A stretch of DNA of 64,000 nucleotides from NCBI GenBank assembly GCA_946965045.2, contig OX337232.1:1-64000 (forward strand). The letters run 5' to 3'. A program made the translations under genes and the position numbers. The DNA comes from Epithemia pelagica (Eukaryota; Protista; Bacillariophyta). The notes beneath the pieces were generated by a model, which saw only the letters and a program-made list of their open reading frames with translations, ran no database searches and had not been told where the DNA came from. Numbering within the stretch: position 1 is the stretch's first letter; each line of letters starts with the position of its first letter. Below, piece by piece: positions 32,874 through 45,751 of this stretch.

Positions 32874-35265
32874 CCATGCAAGCAGAGCGATAGTCATGGA
32901 GGCACCGGGATTGCGATTTTCTCGGGTCACTACTTTTCCAATCCATATGATTGATCGCTTCATCTCTTGGGTAGAACGCAAGGAGAATTAACTTGTGTCC
33001 TTTTTGGTATATACATTTGGTTTTTTTCTTTGTATTCCATTCATGACGATCTTCCTTGTCACACGGGAAAGAACCAGCCTAGTATGCCTCTACTAGGCAG
33101 GCCGGCATGCCTTGGGGGGCGACAAGTACTAGTATTCCTGGGTAGTACTATACTTACTGCGACAACGAAAAAGTCTCGGAGCAATGTTGCAATTTCTCGT
33201 TTCCAATCACAACCAAAAGTACACTTTCAAGCACAATCTTCCTTCAAGAGATCTGCTGCAAGAGATCTGCTGCAGTGGTCTGTACGTGGGTCCCTGTGTT
33301 CTGTGTGGGTGAGTGTTGAGAGTCAGACGACGGATGCGTTTCATGGAGCTGTGGAAGGAGTCGCTGTGGGATATCGTCGACTTTCTTTCTGCAGGTTTTC
33401 CTGATAAATTCAGTAAATAATCAGTATACAAAGGATTTTGGACGGAAAAAGGAAAAAAGCCATTTCAAATTTGAAATCGGAATCAAGTTTGCCCCAAAGA
33501 TCCATCACGACAACAGATAACAGAAACAATGGGATGGTCCACACAAATCTTGCATCCTTTCTCTTTCTCAACGCCATGGTCTCTATGACAGTCCATACTC
33601 AGAATGTCCACCTCGCAGCGAAGAAGAACCAACCAGTGGAATGGAAAATGGTGCTTTCGGTACGACCTTCCTCGTCACCCCCGTCTGGTACGTGTGTGTC
33701 AGTGTGTCGAGTGGTGGCGGTGGTGGTTGTTTTGCCCGGAGAGAAGAAACCGTATTCCTCTCACTCTCTATTTTCTGGCGTGTATCTATTAGAATTGGAA
33801 GTTTTGAAGCGTTCTCATTGTCAGCGAATCCGGGCCGCCACGACACTCAATGGAGCTCAGTGCTCAGTTGCTCCTTCCCCTCACCTTTCCTTCGCCACAT
33901 AAACCAACACCAAGAACTGATGTTGTTTGGCTCTTGTACTGTGGTCTTTTGTTCTTGCAAAGCTCCTGGAGCACCCAAAGAAGACCAACCGTTGCCACTG
34001 GGGCACTCGATTTACCTTTTTGCCTTGGAGTTGGTGTCGCCCGTTGGGCCTCGCTCACTCGGAACTATTGGAAGGTACGATGGATGCATCCAGCCAAGCG
34101 GTCCTCGTTTTGCCAAGTATTGCGCCATGTTGGTATCGCTTCCTTCCACGGGTCGATCCACACTCAAACGTCTCCGAGTTGGCATCGACGGGTTCTGTCT
34201 TGCCCCACCGTGTCTGTCGTCTTGACGCACAAGGAAAGGTATCAAGCGCTTCTAGGCCACTGTCCCTCAATAGCCGTCCCTTTGGCCACATCCTTCTGCC
34301 TTGCCTCCACCCCTTGGCCCGAGCCGAGTTGGCACCCAATCCCTGGCCTCCCCGACAAGAACCACTACCACCAGCAAAATAAGGAGGATTACCGAGTCTT
34401 GCTGTCAAGGAATCGTGCAGCAGCAGCAGCAGCAGCAGTCGGTGCTGGTACAGTCACCGCCACAACACCCATGTGTCTCTGTGTCATTGTCTCCTGTTTG
34501 GCCAGGAGTGCGCCAATGACGACCTACAGAAGGAGAAGGAGCCTCTCCACAACCATCAGCACCAGTCTTTTCGTACTAGGAGGAATCCTTTTCACCACCT
34601 CCCATCGAAGGACTCTTGCCAATCCTTTGACGACTGTCACCTCCACAAAGAATCCTATGGTACTGCAACAGCTGCTATGGGTATCAGAGGCAGCCGACCA
34701 TTACAATTCTTCACCGACAAGGACGACCCGAGTCGTTGGATGATTCACCACCATGATTTATCGTTGCGACCACCACAAAGACCCACTGCACAACGACGAC
34801 GACGACGAAAACAACCACCACCAGTGGTAGATCCGGAACGAAACATTCCCACTCGAGTACCACATTCATGCACCACACAATGGCAAAGAACTAGACTCAC
34901 AGATTCTCCCCTCTCGTAGTTGCGCACCTTTCCGGGGGGGGGGGGGGGGGGAGTGCAGTCTATAGTGGTGCAGAGTGACAAAGACACCACATTCAGACCA
35001 GGAATTCCGCTCCGTGGCGGTCCATACCATGTTCATGCACGTTACGGATCGAGCGAACCGAGTTTCGCACCTCTTCTTTGCTGGTTCGCGCACACTCCAA
35101 CCAGTCTGTCGTCCACGGTTGTTGCCTTTCTCACAAGCGTGGAAGGATCCTTCGGCAAGTCAACTAGCTATTTGAGCGTCGATGAAAGAGGGATACGCAT
35201 GGATCGGTTCTGGTGAGTCAAGAACCACAACAGCCTCCACTCAAAAGACCCATCTTGCAGTCACA

Positions 35266-36348
35266 ATGAATATCCATAAGCAAGCGTTCTTGTCTGGATT
35301 GGTCTTTGTCATGAGCAAAGACCATAGGGAACCGCAATGGAGGCCGTCCCTTTGGCCTTCATATTTGGGAGCATGTCGGTTTTCCCATGTGTCGGTTTTT
35401 TTACGTCGTCAAGGCGAGGAGATTTTGGTCGTGATGGGAGGATGTGCCCAAAAGACTCGCTTCCGATTGAACTCGGTTGTTCACACTGCTTATTTGAACG
35501 TTCAAAGCAAGAAGTGGCAAAAAGGGCCCTGTATGCATGAAAAACGATCATGTCCTGCCTCGGTAATATGCAATAACTCTATTTACGTCATTGGTGGATT
35601 CAACGGCTTCCATACATTGGATACCATTGAACGTATCCATGTCGACGACCTGCTGCATTCTTCGTCAGCTTCCAGCAACTGCATGAATGGTTGGAATGTA
35701 TTAGATTGTCGTTTGTCTACGCCACGATGGCAGTGCGCCGCAGCTGTTGTGTATGATAGATTTATTGTGGTGGCAGGAGGACGGTGTTTTTTCGGACTGG
35801 ACAAGTTTTCATCCGTTGAAATTATTGATACAGCATCGGGGAATGCATGTTCTATCATTCCTGGACCATGCTTACAGGTCGCTCGTTGTTGTTTTGGAAT
35901 GGCTGTGGTTGGTCATCGCATTTATGTTGTGGGTGGGATGCTTTCGAGCTCCGTGGAATATCTGGACTTTGATGAATTACTGGACGACTCACCGAATTGT
36001 GCAGCATCTGTGTTTTCATTGAGCAAATCGTGGACGATCCACAACAGACTTTGCCTGAACAGGCTTGGGACGATTAATGCTTTAGTGCAAGTGGGATCCT
36101 GTCTCGTTGTAGCAGGAGGTTGCAAAGCTGGGTCCAAACTTGCGATGGAAGTTTTAGATACCGTGAACTGTATTGTTTGGGAGCTGCCAAGCAGCATTAT
36201 CAAACCCAGTTGTGTTTGTTGCATGGTTGCCTTGTCGAGTGGTATTGTTGCCATGAAAGACGACTCATTTGAAACCCTTTCAATTGTGGACAAGAACAGT
36301 TGGCTGTTTGCTCGTTTGGTGTTCATTGGGAAAGTTTCGATCAAATAA
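35266..36348 (+). CDS. Kelch-repeat protein K3
   Basis: Intact frame from MNIHKQAF to IGKVSIK; kelch motifs. Confidence 0.85.
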   Translation: MNIHKQAFLSGLVFVMSKDHREPQWRPSLWPSYLGACRFSHVSVFLRRQGEEILVVMGGCAQKTRFRLNSVVHTAYLNVQSKKWQKGPCMHEKRSCPASVICNNSIYVIGGFNGFHTLDTIERIHVDDLLHSSSASSNCMNGWNVLDCRLSTPRWQCAAAVVYDRFIVVAGGRCFFGLDKFSSVEIIDTASGNACSIIPGPCLQVARCCFGMAVVGHRIYVVGGMLSSSVEYLDFDELLDDSPNCAASVFSLSKSWTIHNRLCLNRLGTINALVQVGSCLVVAGGCKAGSKLAMEVLDTVNCIVWELPSSIIKPSCVCCMVALSSGIVAMKDDSFETLSIVDKNSWLFARLVFIGKVSIK

Positions 36349-37277
36349 CCCTACACACAAAACGGTATTCATGGAGGGACCAGGATTCTCATTGCTCGGC
36401 TCACTACTATTCCAATCCATTTGACGATCCGTTCCATAACGAATTCCTCCACCACTGCTCGGATGGATCGCTACATCTCTTGGCTAAAAAGAAAACAAGA
36501 AAGAAGAATTAACTTTTGCGGAGCCTATTTGTATATCCATGCAGTTTTTCTTCTTTTTCTAGAATATCAGCATATCCACATCATTGCCACCAGAGTTCAT
36601 CTTTCATTATGGATGTCACCAAGAACCCAATCCACGATGATTACACGAGCGAGTGTTGTTCCATCTTTCTTGCGACATGGAGAAGGCCAGTGCTACGGGG
36701 ACACGAACTAGTAGTAGTCCTTTAGTACTACTCCTACAATACGAAGTGGAAGGGTGTTCCACCGTGTGTGCCGGATTTAATCGAACCCCGAAATTTCATG
36801 GTGGTGGTCCATTCCTCCTTCGTTGGCCCAAACATACAACGAATCGAGAGATTCGCACCTCTCTGGTTGGCTCGTTCACGACCGTGGGAGGATCCTTCAC
36901 GATGCGAGTCAACGAGCTATTGGAGAAAGGAGATAGATCGGTCCTGGTGGTTCGAGAACCACATCATCAGCCTCCAGTTATTAGAGAGTCCATCATACTG
37001 TGGGAATGGGAGCACACTACACTCAGGACAGAGATTTACGGATCGAGAGAACCGAGTTTCGCACCTCCTCTTTGCTGGTTCGCGTACGCTCCAACCAGTC
37101 CACGGTTGTTGAATTTCTTACGAGCGTGGAAGGATCCTGCACGACGCCAGTCAATTTGCTATTTGTGAGTCGTTTTGGATGGAGGACGGAAACGGATGCA
37201 TCGGACCGGGTGAATCGAGAACAATAACAGCCCCCACTCAAAAGACCCATCTTACTTTGGAAACGAGAGCAATCACA

Positions 37278-38377
37278 ATGGAAATCCAAAAGCAAGCGTT
37301 CTTTTGTCTGGATTGGTCTTTGCCAGCTACAAAGACCAAAAGATACCGCAATGGAGGCTAAATGGATGGCCTCCATGTTTGGGAGAATGTCGGTTTACCC
37401 ATGGGACGGTTGTTGTGCGTCATCAAGGCGAGGAGATTGTGGTACTGTTGGGAGGATGTGCCATACCAAGTTGCGTCCCATTGAATTCAGGTGTTTGTTT
37501 CAATGTTCAAAGCAAGAAGTGGCAAGAAGGGCCATGTATGCATGAAAAACGAGCATGTCCTGCGTCGGTACTATGCAATGACGCTATTTACGTCATTGGT
37601 GGATACAACTATACCAACGGCTTCAATTCATTGGATACAATTGAACGTATCCAAGTCGACGACTTGGTGCATTCGTCGTCAGCTTCCATCAAGGACACGA
37701 GTAAATGGCAGAAACTGCAATGTCGTTTGTCTACGCCACGCTACGACTGCGCCGCAGCTGTTGTGCATGATAGATTCATTGTGGTGGCGGGAGGACGAAA
37801 TCGCCCTTCCCGACTGACCGAACTATCCTCGGTTGAAATACTTGACACAGCAGCATCAGGAAATCCATGCACCGTCATATCTGGACCCTCCTTACATCAC
37901 ACTCGTTGTGAGTTTGGAATGGCTGTGGTTGGTCAACGCATTTATGTTGTGGGTGGGAGATCGTTGAGCTCCGTGGAATATCTGGACTTTGATGACATGT
38001 TGGAAAATTCACGGAATTGTGCATCATCTGTGTTTTCTTCGAGCAAATCGTGGACGATCCACAAAAAACTCCATCTGAACATATCTGGAGAGGTTCATGC
38101 TGTCGTTCAAGTGGGCTCCTGTCTCGTTGTTGCAGGACGTTGGAAACACCGGTCCAAGCGCTCGGTTAAAGTCTTGGATACCGTAAACAATATTGTTTGG
38201 GAGCTTCCCAAGATGATCCGGTACAGTTGGGGTTGTAGCACGGTTACCTTGTCGAGTGGGATTGTTGCCATGAATGGCTGTGATTCGAGAGACGCATTTG
38301 AAACGCTGTCACTTGTGGACAAGAACAGTTGGCAGTTTGCTCGTTTGTTGTCCATTGGGAAAGTTCCCACCATATAA
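37278..38377 (+). pseudogene. Kelch-repeat protein K4; recent duplicate of K2 with a 2-nt insertion near 37303
   Basis: gcgttcttttgtctgg versus gcgttcttgtctgg in K2 shifts the frame after about 8 codons; the rest is near-identical to K2. Confidence 0.75.
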
Positions 38378-39964
38378 CCATACATGCATGAGAACGATTG
38401 CCATGGAGGCACCGGGATTGCGATTTTCTCGGGTCACGAATACTATTCCAATCCATGTAATGTGACGATACAATCCATAACGAGGTCGTCCACGATCGCT
38501 ATATCTCTTTGCCGGCATGAAAGGAGAATTAACTCTTGTTCTTGTTTGTATTTTCTTTTCTGGAATAGCTGCGCACTCATTTCATTACGATTCGCCTTGC
38601 CACACGGAAACTGACCACTACTAGGCAGGCCGGGATTCCTTTGCTGGGTACTACCTATAGTACCTATACTTAGTACGACACCAAAAAAGCCTCGAGCGAA
38701 GGAAGCATTGTCCAATGGTGTGGTGGTTGTGGTACCATGCCACCACAAACAGCTTCGGACCAAACAACAATAGTAGATCAGTCCCATGTGTGTTGTTCTT
38801 GTTGTGGTTGTCGTTGGTGTTACAACGACGCCCAAGACAAGTCTGTCGTCCCGAATGAATCATTTTCACGGTTGGACCTGAGCGTAGCGTGGTGCTCGAG
38901 GATCCTACTGTCCGTGTCGGAACATGATGGGAACCTTGGATGGAGGAAGGGAGGGATGGGTTGCTAGTAGTGTGCGTGCTCCAAATATGTGTGGTGTGGT
39001 GGGTGGTACTCGTTTTCACCCACGGCACACGGCTGCTCGCGTTTGGATTGTCATTCTCTGGTTTCTTTCGTCCTCCACTACTACCCGCACCAAACTACCT
39101 TCCTGTTAGTTTCAACAATGGCAAGTATGGAGATGCTCCCCAAAGTTCTCCCCCAGGGACACCACAGCGTTGTGCAATTTTGTGAGACAGAATTTCTGTT
39201 TTTTGGTGAGAGCGTGGTGCTTTCGTTTCTGTCGACTCCGTCCCCCAAGTTCACGCCGGCACGACCGCGATCCAAAGTTTGGCGCGGTCACGGTGACCCC
39301 ACTATAATTTCCTACTTATTGAACGGTGTCGACTACTTATGAGCATTGATTGGAATACTTAGGATGGAGCATGAAATCTGTCTGCATGGCGAAATTAAAA
39401 AATCCCCCAAGTTTTAACTCCATCCACTGGCCGAACCCCAACACAAAATGTCCACAGAAGCAACGGACCAGTCAAGCTTGAGGGAAAGCGTGTTCCCTAC
39501 TTATTTGATTCAGTACTCGTACAATGGAACATAGAAGGAGCACGTTCAACGTTCAACCTGTCGTACCGGCCGGCGTGCCTTCGTTCCAAATCAAGCCCCC
39601 GAAATTCAAACACACAGTTCTGTCGTTCGAAATGAATGAGTGGCGTCCCCCAAAATGGCAACTCCATTCACTGGCCGAACCCCAAACCCCAGCATCAACG
39701 GACAATCCATCCGTCCGACTCGGTCATTGGTCCGTTGCGTTGTCCCGCCCTAATAAAATTGAATTATTGGCAACGGACAGGCAGTGTATTTATCCAAAAA
39801 ACAAAAACGAGCGTCGAGGTGGAGCTCTCGGGTGGAAGAGAAATCTCCATTTTTTGGGAGAGGCACAGCCCACCCAGTCCAAAGAAGCATCCAGTGAAGG
39901 CAACGAGTTGCATCCAATCCAATCCAATCCAATCCAACCAGATTAGAGTGTCTTTGTTCATCCA

Positions 39965-41905
39965 TTGCCGTGCCATTCCAATAAGCCAAAGAAGAAGAGC
40001 AGAAGCAAAGAAGCAATCATGACAGCCGCAACCGCCACCACCAAACAGCGACGCACTACCAAATTACCACCCAAAAAGACAATGCGTAGTCGTTCGCAAA
40101 GCAGACCGAGATCGGAATTGATGGCCAATCCTACTAAAAGTACGAGTCGAAGCCACAGCAAGAACAAAAAGAAGAACCCAAAAGAGCAAGGAGGATTGGT
40201 GATTCACGACAAGAGTCCCTCCATGGCACAACCTCGCAGTACTACCACCACCAAAAGTTTGGCCAGTCATCGAACGTCATCTTCCCAGAGTTCCCAGAGT
40301 TCCCTCCTGATTGAATTGCAGCTCGACAATCCCGAACACCACAAACAACAACAAGAACAAGTAGAACAAGAAGAACCGATTGTGGTGCGGAACTTTCACA
40401 GTCTGCCGCGGGTCAAGCGCGAATGGAGTACCTCCCGTCCACCCACGAATGCCACCAATCCTACTCCCCTGACCCAATCGCGATCGTGGGCTCGATGCTC
40501 CAAATCACAACACCAACAACAACAACAACAAGACTTGCCGTGGACTTTGGAAGAAGATGCGAACAAGACGGGACGAAGTGGCTGTTTCCAACGACGCAAA
40601 GAGGAGACTGGAAAGAATCCAGCATCGGAGGATGACACATTACCTGCGGCGGATGCAGTGTCGGTGGCCTTGGTCAATGAAGAATCGGGCGAAGTGGAAA
40701 CCCAATTTTCCTCACCCTTGGTCCAACAAGAAACCAACTCCGAACTCAAAAAGAAGAAGGCCATCAAAATGGAGGACAAGAGGAACCGAAAAGAAACGAC
40801 AACCAATGATACACAAGCGGACAATGTCCAAACGAACAAGAACAAAAAGCCGAAAAAGACCAAGTCACAGAAAAGCAAGAAGCAAACTACGGCCACCAAC
40901 GATTCTTCCTTGTTTCTTTGGATGAAACGGTCCATGTCCACGACGACTCGTAACAGTACTGCCCATGGCGGTGGGGCCTTGTTGGACCAGGCCGAAGATG
41001 AAGAAAACCAAGAACAAGACAATGAGATTCTACCCAAACAGGCCCTGTCGACAAAGACAAACCCTGCAACCGAACCAAACAAGGAACGGGGAGAGCTCCC
41101 AAAGGCAAACAATGACAAACCAGAAACCAAAGAACAAGACGAACAACAACAACAAGAAAAAGAAGAAGACGAAGCCTCTACCGGTTGGTCGGCCTTGGCT
41201 CTTGCCACCAGCATTGCCGCTCAATTGGCGCAGGATCATCTACCATCCTGTACCACCCACAACGATTCCTTCTTGTGCGCCAAGATTCATGACACCGTGG
41301 AACCCTTGGATCAATCTGGTGGATTGGAAATCTCCAACCAGAGTATTGCTAGTGGCGATACCGCGTCCATTCCCAGCAAGGAATTTGATGATGGCGACGA
41401 CGATGGCATTGCCACAGAAGGCGGCGACAGCGACACAGAAGTAGACGACCAAAGTGTACGATGGGAACGCCGGGGCTTTTTGTTTTGTGGAAGTGGTCCA
41501 CCGCGCGTCCGAAACACTACCGAGGACAAGCGACGAAGTGCTGCGAAACAACGTCGAAGCATGATGCGACAGGCCGATCGAGTCTTTTGGAATAGTCGGG
41601 AACCACAACCCTCTCTCGAGTACATTGTCAAAAAGGGATCCTTTGATCACGAAGATTATGACTGTGCGGGTTATCATTGTGGATTGGGCATCCCCAATAC
41701 GACTGGCTTTTTCATGTTGGAACACGATGAAGACAATGAAAAGGATCCAGTAGTGGCCATGTTGGATGAGGGTGCGGATATGGATGATGATGATGAAACG
41801 CAAACGACGGGCGTGGCCAGCAAAAGTACCGCCGGCTCTCGACCGCGACTACCCAATTTTTACGATTCGATCACCATGCCAAAGAAGGCATTTTCCATCT
41901 ATTGA
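39965..41905 (+). CDS. Low-complexity K/E/Q-rich hypothetical protein (646 aa)
   Basis: 1.9-kb stop-free frame between the converging kelch groups. Confidence 0.55.
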   Translation: MPCHSNKPKKKSRSKEAIMTAATATTKQRRTTKLPPKKTMRSRSQSRPRSELMANPTKSTSRSHSKNKKKNPKEQGGLVIHDKSPSMAQPRSTTTTKSLASHRTSSSQSSQSSLLIELQLDNPEHHKQQQEQVEQEEPIVVRNFHSLPRVKREWSTSRPPTNATNPTPLTQSRSWARCSKSQHQQQQQQDLPWTLEEDANKTGRSGCFQRRKEETGKNPASEDDTLPAADAVSVALVNEESGEVETQFSSPLVQQETNSELKKKKAIKMEDKRNRKETTTNDTQADNVQTNKNKKPKKTKSQKSKKQTTATNDSSLFLWMKRSMSTTTRNSTAHGGGALLDQAEDEENQEQDNEILPKQALSTKTNPATEPNKERGELPKANNDKPETKEQDEQQQQEKEEDEASTGWSALALATSIAAQLAQDHLPSCTTHNDSFLCAKIHDTVEPLDQSGGLEISNQSIASGDTASIPSKEFDDGDDDGIATEGGDSDTEVDDQSVRWERRGFLFCGSGPPRVRNTTEDKRRSAAKQRRSMMRQADRVFWNSREPQPSLEYIVKKGSFDHEDYDCAGYHCGLGIPNTTGFFMLEHDEDNEKDPVVAMLDEGADMDDDDETQTTGVASKSTAGSRPRLPNFYDSITMPKKAFSIY

Positions 41906-43152
41906 GACTTGGTTCCGCATGACAACACACACACACACACTGCTACACGGTTGTCATGGCTTGACTCTTTCTATGTTACACATGTTCTTTGGTTTTGCTC
42001 TTGTTTTTTAACCTGTCGTCATGGAACCGCCCATCAACATCGTTTCGTTTCCTCTGCGTGGTCACTACTGATTGACATTCATCCATGTGGACCATTCTCT
42101 GGAGGGAATAAGTACTATTGTAAGATTATATGAGCAACTATGGTTACATTGAATGCACGCCAAAACTACCTCTAGGAGTAGTTTCTCAACATAGCGCATG
42201 TTGTGGACTTACGCCACGAGACGTACGCACAACAGACTGAAGACGGATCGCATTCGCTGAAATCATATGACCGCTATGCGACTGAAGAGGATCCAGTCGC
42301 CTATACAGTATATTGAGGCGGCCGATAGCTACAATGATAGCTACTCCTCGCTAGGAGTACTCCTTACTTGTAGTGGATCTTGCGGATGAACAGCCTCCGT
42401 AGTATCACATTCCTCTAGAGACAATAGAAAAAGAGAGCATCCTTGTCTGTCGTCCTGTTCCATGGTTTTTTACAGCCGTGGATAGAAAGCAGGTACCATC
42501 ACCATCTCCCTTTCCCGCACAAGCACCCCCCAAAACAAGTATTCCCTCCATCCATCCAAGATTCATATGGTTCACAGACATTGGCAGTAGGATCCTCAAG
42601 CACGTGATAGACTTTTCTTTTGCGTCGTCGTAACAAGAACAAGGGAATGATCTCTTGGTGTTGGGTTAATGGACCCACTGTGCCAGCCGTCCGTCCGAGA
42701 CTTTTTCTTCGTAGGAGAACCTAGTACTACAGGACTACTAGCTAGGTAGTAGTTCTTGTCCCCAAAGCACTTACATGTTCCGTGTTGCAAGAAAGATGGA
42801 ACAACACTCGCTCGTACTATCATCGTGGATTGGGTTCATGGTGACATTCATCATGAAAGATAAACCGAACTTGCAAGTTCTACTTGGACCCGGCGGTATT
42901 GTGTTCTGGTGGTAGTATGATAGATATAAGCAGCTATTCTAGAAAAAGAAGAAGAAGATGAATGGATATACAAACAGGTTCGGCAAAAGTTAATTCTTCT
43001 TTCTTGCTTTTTTTTAGCCAAGAGATACAGCGATCCATCTGTACAGTCGTGGGCTTCGTTTTGAAACAGATCGTTACATGGATTGGAATAATAGTGAGCC
43101 GAGCAATAACAATCCCTATCCCTCCATGACTATCGTTCTGTGTGCATGGCGA

Positions 43153-44241
43153 TTAGATGGGGACTTTCCCAATGGACAGCAACCGGGCAAACAACCAACT
43201 GTTCTTGTCCACAAGTGAGAGTGTTTCAAATGAGTCGTCATTCATGGCAACAATACCACTCGACGAATCATAGCCATTCATGGCAACAATACCACTCGAC
43301 AAGGCAACCATACTACACACCAACCTGTCCACGGTCATGTTGGGAAGCTCCCAAGTAATATTGTTCACGGTATCTAAGACTTCCACCGGACGTTTGGACC
43401 GCCTTCGGCAACCTCCTACCGTGATAAGACAGGAACCCACCTGGACTAAAGCATGAACCTCTGCAGATATGTTCAGATGGAGTTTTCTGTGGATCGTCCA
43501 CGACTTGCTCGAAGAAAACAAGTCATCAAAGTTCAGATATTCCACGGATTTCGTTGAAACCCCACCCACAACATAAATGCGTTGACCAACCACAGCCATT
43601 CCAAAACAACAACGAGCGTGATGTAAGGAGGGTCCAGGAATGATCGTACATGCATTTCCTGATGCTGTATCAATTATTTCGACAAATGAAAACTCGTCCT
43701 GAAGAGAAGGGCACTTTCCTCCCGCCACCACAATCAATCGATCATGTACGACAGCTGCGGCACAGTCGTAGCGTCGTGTAGACAAACGACATTCCAGTTT
43801 CTTCCATCTACTCGTGTCCTTGATGGAAGCTGAAGAATGCACCAAGTCGTCGACTTGGATACGTTCAATTGTATCTAATGAATTGGAGCTGTTGCATCCT
43901 CCAATGACGTAAATAGCGTTGTTGCATAGTACCGACGCAGGACATGCTCGCTTTTCATGCAAAGAGGGTCCTTCTTGCCACATCTTGCTTTGAACGTTGA
44001 AATAAACAACCGAATTCGATTCAATCCAATCGTTAGTAAACGCATCGTAGTTGTTATTCATGAGGCCTCCCAACAGGACCAAAATCTCCTCGCCGTCACG
44101 ACGCACAACAACCGACCCATGGGTCAACCGACAGTCTCCCAAACACGGAGGCCAAATGGACGGTCTCCATTGCGCTTTCTTCTGGTCTTTGTCATCGGCA
44201 AAGACCAAACCAGACAAGAACGCTTGCTTATGGATTTCCAT
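43153..44241 (-). CDS. Kelch-repeat protein K5 (inverted paralog of K1)
   Basis: Intact frame from MEIHKQAF to IGKVPI; includes a 36-bp in-frame duplication at 43239-43300. Confidence 0.85.
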   Translation of the reverse strand: MEIHKQAFLSGLVFADDKDQKKAQWRPSIWPPCLGDCRLTHGSVVVRRDGEEILVLLGGLMNNNYDAFTNDWIESNSVVYFNVQSKMWQEGPSLHEKRACPASVLCNNAIYVIGGCNSSNSLDTIERIQVDDLVHSSASIKDTSRWKKLECRLSTRRYDCAAAVVHDRLIVVAGGKCPSLQDEFSFVEIIDTASGNACTIIPGPSLHHARCCFGMAVVGQRIYVVGGVSTKSVEYLNFDDLFSSSKSWTIHRKLHLNISAEVHALVQVGSCLITVGGCRRRSKRPVEVLDTVNNITWELPNMTVDRLVCSMVALSSGIVAMNGYDSSSGIVAMNDDSFETLSLVDKNSWLFARLLSIGKVPI

Positions 44242-45751
44242 GGAGTCTGTAGTTTGCGCTCGTTCCCAAAGCAAGATGGGTCTTTTGACTGGAGGCTGTT
44301 GTGGTTCTCGATACACCCGGTCCGATTCATCCGTTTCCGTCCTCCATCGAAAACGACGCACTACTAGCTCGTTGACAGGCTTCGTGAAGGATCCTTCCAC
44401 GCTCGTGAAAAAGGCAACAACCGTGGACGACTGCTTGGATCGTGCGCGAACCAGAGAGGAGGTGCGAAACTGGGTTCTCTCGATCCGTAACGTGCATGGA
44501 CGTCGTATGGAACGGAAATCCTTGTTTCAATGTGGTCCACGACACAACGTGATACTCCATCCCACGCGAATGCCCATGATGATTGGACCACCCAAACTCC
44601 CAATCAAGGGGCATGTCTTTCGCCCCCAAAAGAACGATAAGAACGATCTTCTTTCTTCATTGTTGTTTCGTTTCCTGCTTGATCGCTTGTGATTGACATT
44701 CATCCGTGTGGACCATTCTCGGGAGGGAATAAGTAGTATTGTTTGTATGAATAAGAGCAACTCTTCATGGAATGCATGCCTACATTTTTATGAGAACATT
44801 GGGCAAATTGTGGATCTTGAGATCAACGCGCCAGAATTACGAGACGCACGCACGACAGAAAAAGGCTGGCCTGCGCGTTCTCGCATTTACCGCCTGCGAC
44901 TGCATCAGTCAGACTCATTCATTCCATACTCCGTTGGATTGAGGTCCTACCGGCGTGCATTTGGGGGACGAAGTCGACAGAAACGAACAAGCAGCACAAA
45001 CCACAGCGACGAACGCTCTCACAAAACACAAGCAAGAGACTCTTGACTCATCACACAAAATTGCGAAACACTGCGGTTAGTAGTGGAGGACGAAAGAAAG
45101 ACAATCCAAACGCGAGCAGCCGTGTGCCTTGGATGAAAGCGAGTACCACCCACCACACCATACATCTGTGGAGCACGCACACTACTAGCACCCCATCCCT
45201 CCCTCCATCCAAGGTTCCCATCATGTTCCGACACGGACAGTAGGATCCTCGAGCAGCACCACGCTACGCTCAGGTCCAACCGTGAAAATGATTCTTTCGG
45301 GACGACAGACTTGTCTTGGGCGTCGTCGTCGTAACACCAACGACGACATCAACAACAAGAACAACACACATGGGACTGATCTGCTATGGCTGTTTGGTTT
45401 GAAGCTGTTTGTGGTGGCATGGTACCACAACCACCACACCATTGGACAATGCTCCGTTCGTTCGAGACTTTTTTGGTGTCGTAGTAAGTACCCAAAGGAA
45501 TCCCGGCCTGTCTCGTACTGGCGATTTTCCGTGTGGCAAGGCTATTCCAGAAACGAAAGCAACTGTATTTACAAACAAGCACACTACTTTATTTGCGTTC
45601 ATGCTTTCAAAGAGATATCATAGCGATCCATCCGAACAGTGGTGGACCTCGTTTTGGATTGTATCGTCACATTACATGGATTGGACTAGTATAGTGAACC
45701 GAGAAAATGACAATCCCGGTACTTTCTTGACTATCGTTCTGCGTGCATGGT

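Noticed and set aside
39912-39940. (CCAAT)n and the (GA)n tract near 15608
   Set aside because: Ordinary short microsatellites.
42163-42185. TAG/CTAG-rich small palindromes in intergenic DNA (also near 27390-27430)
   Set aside because: Scattered through many intergenic regions without a consistent position or flanking structure; look like background composition.
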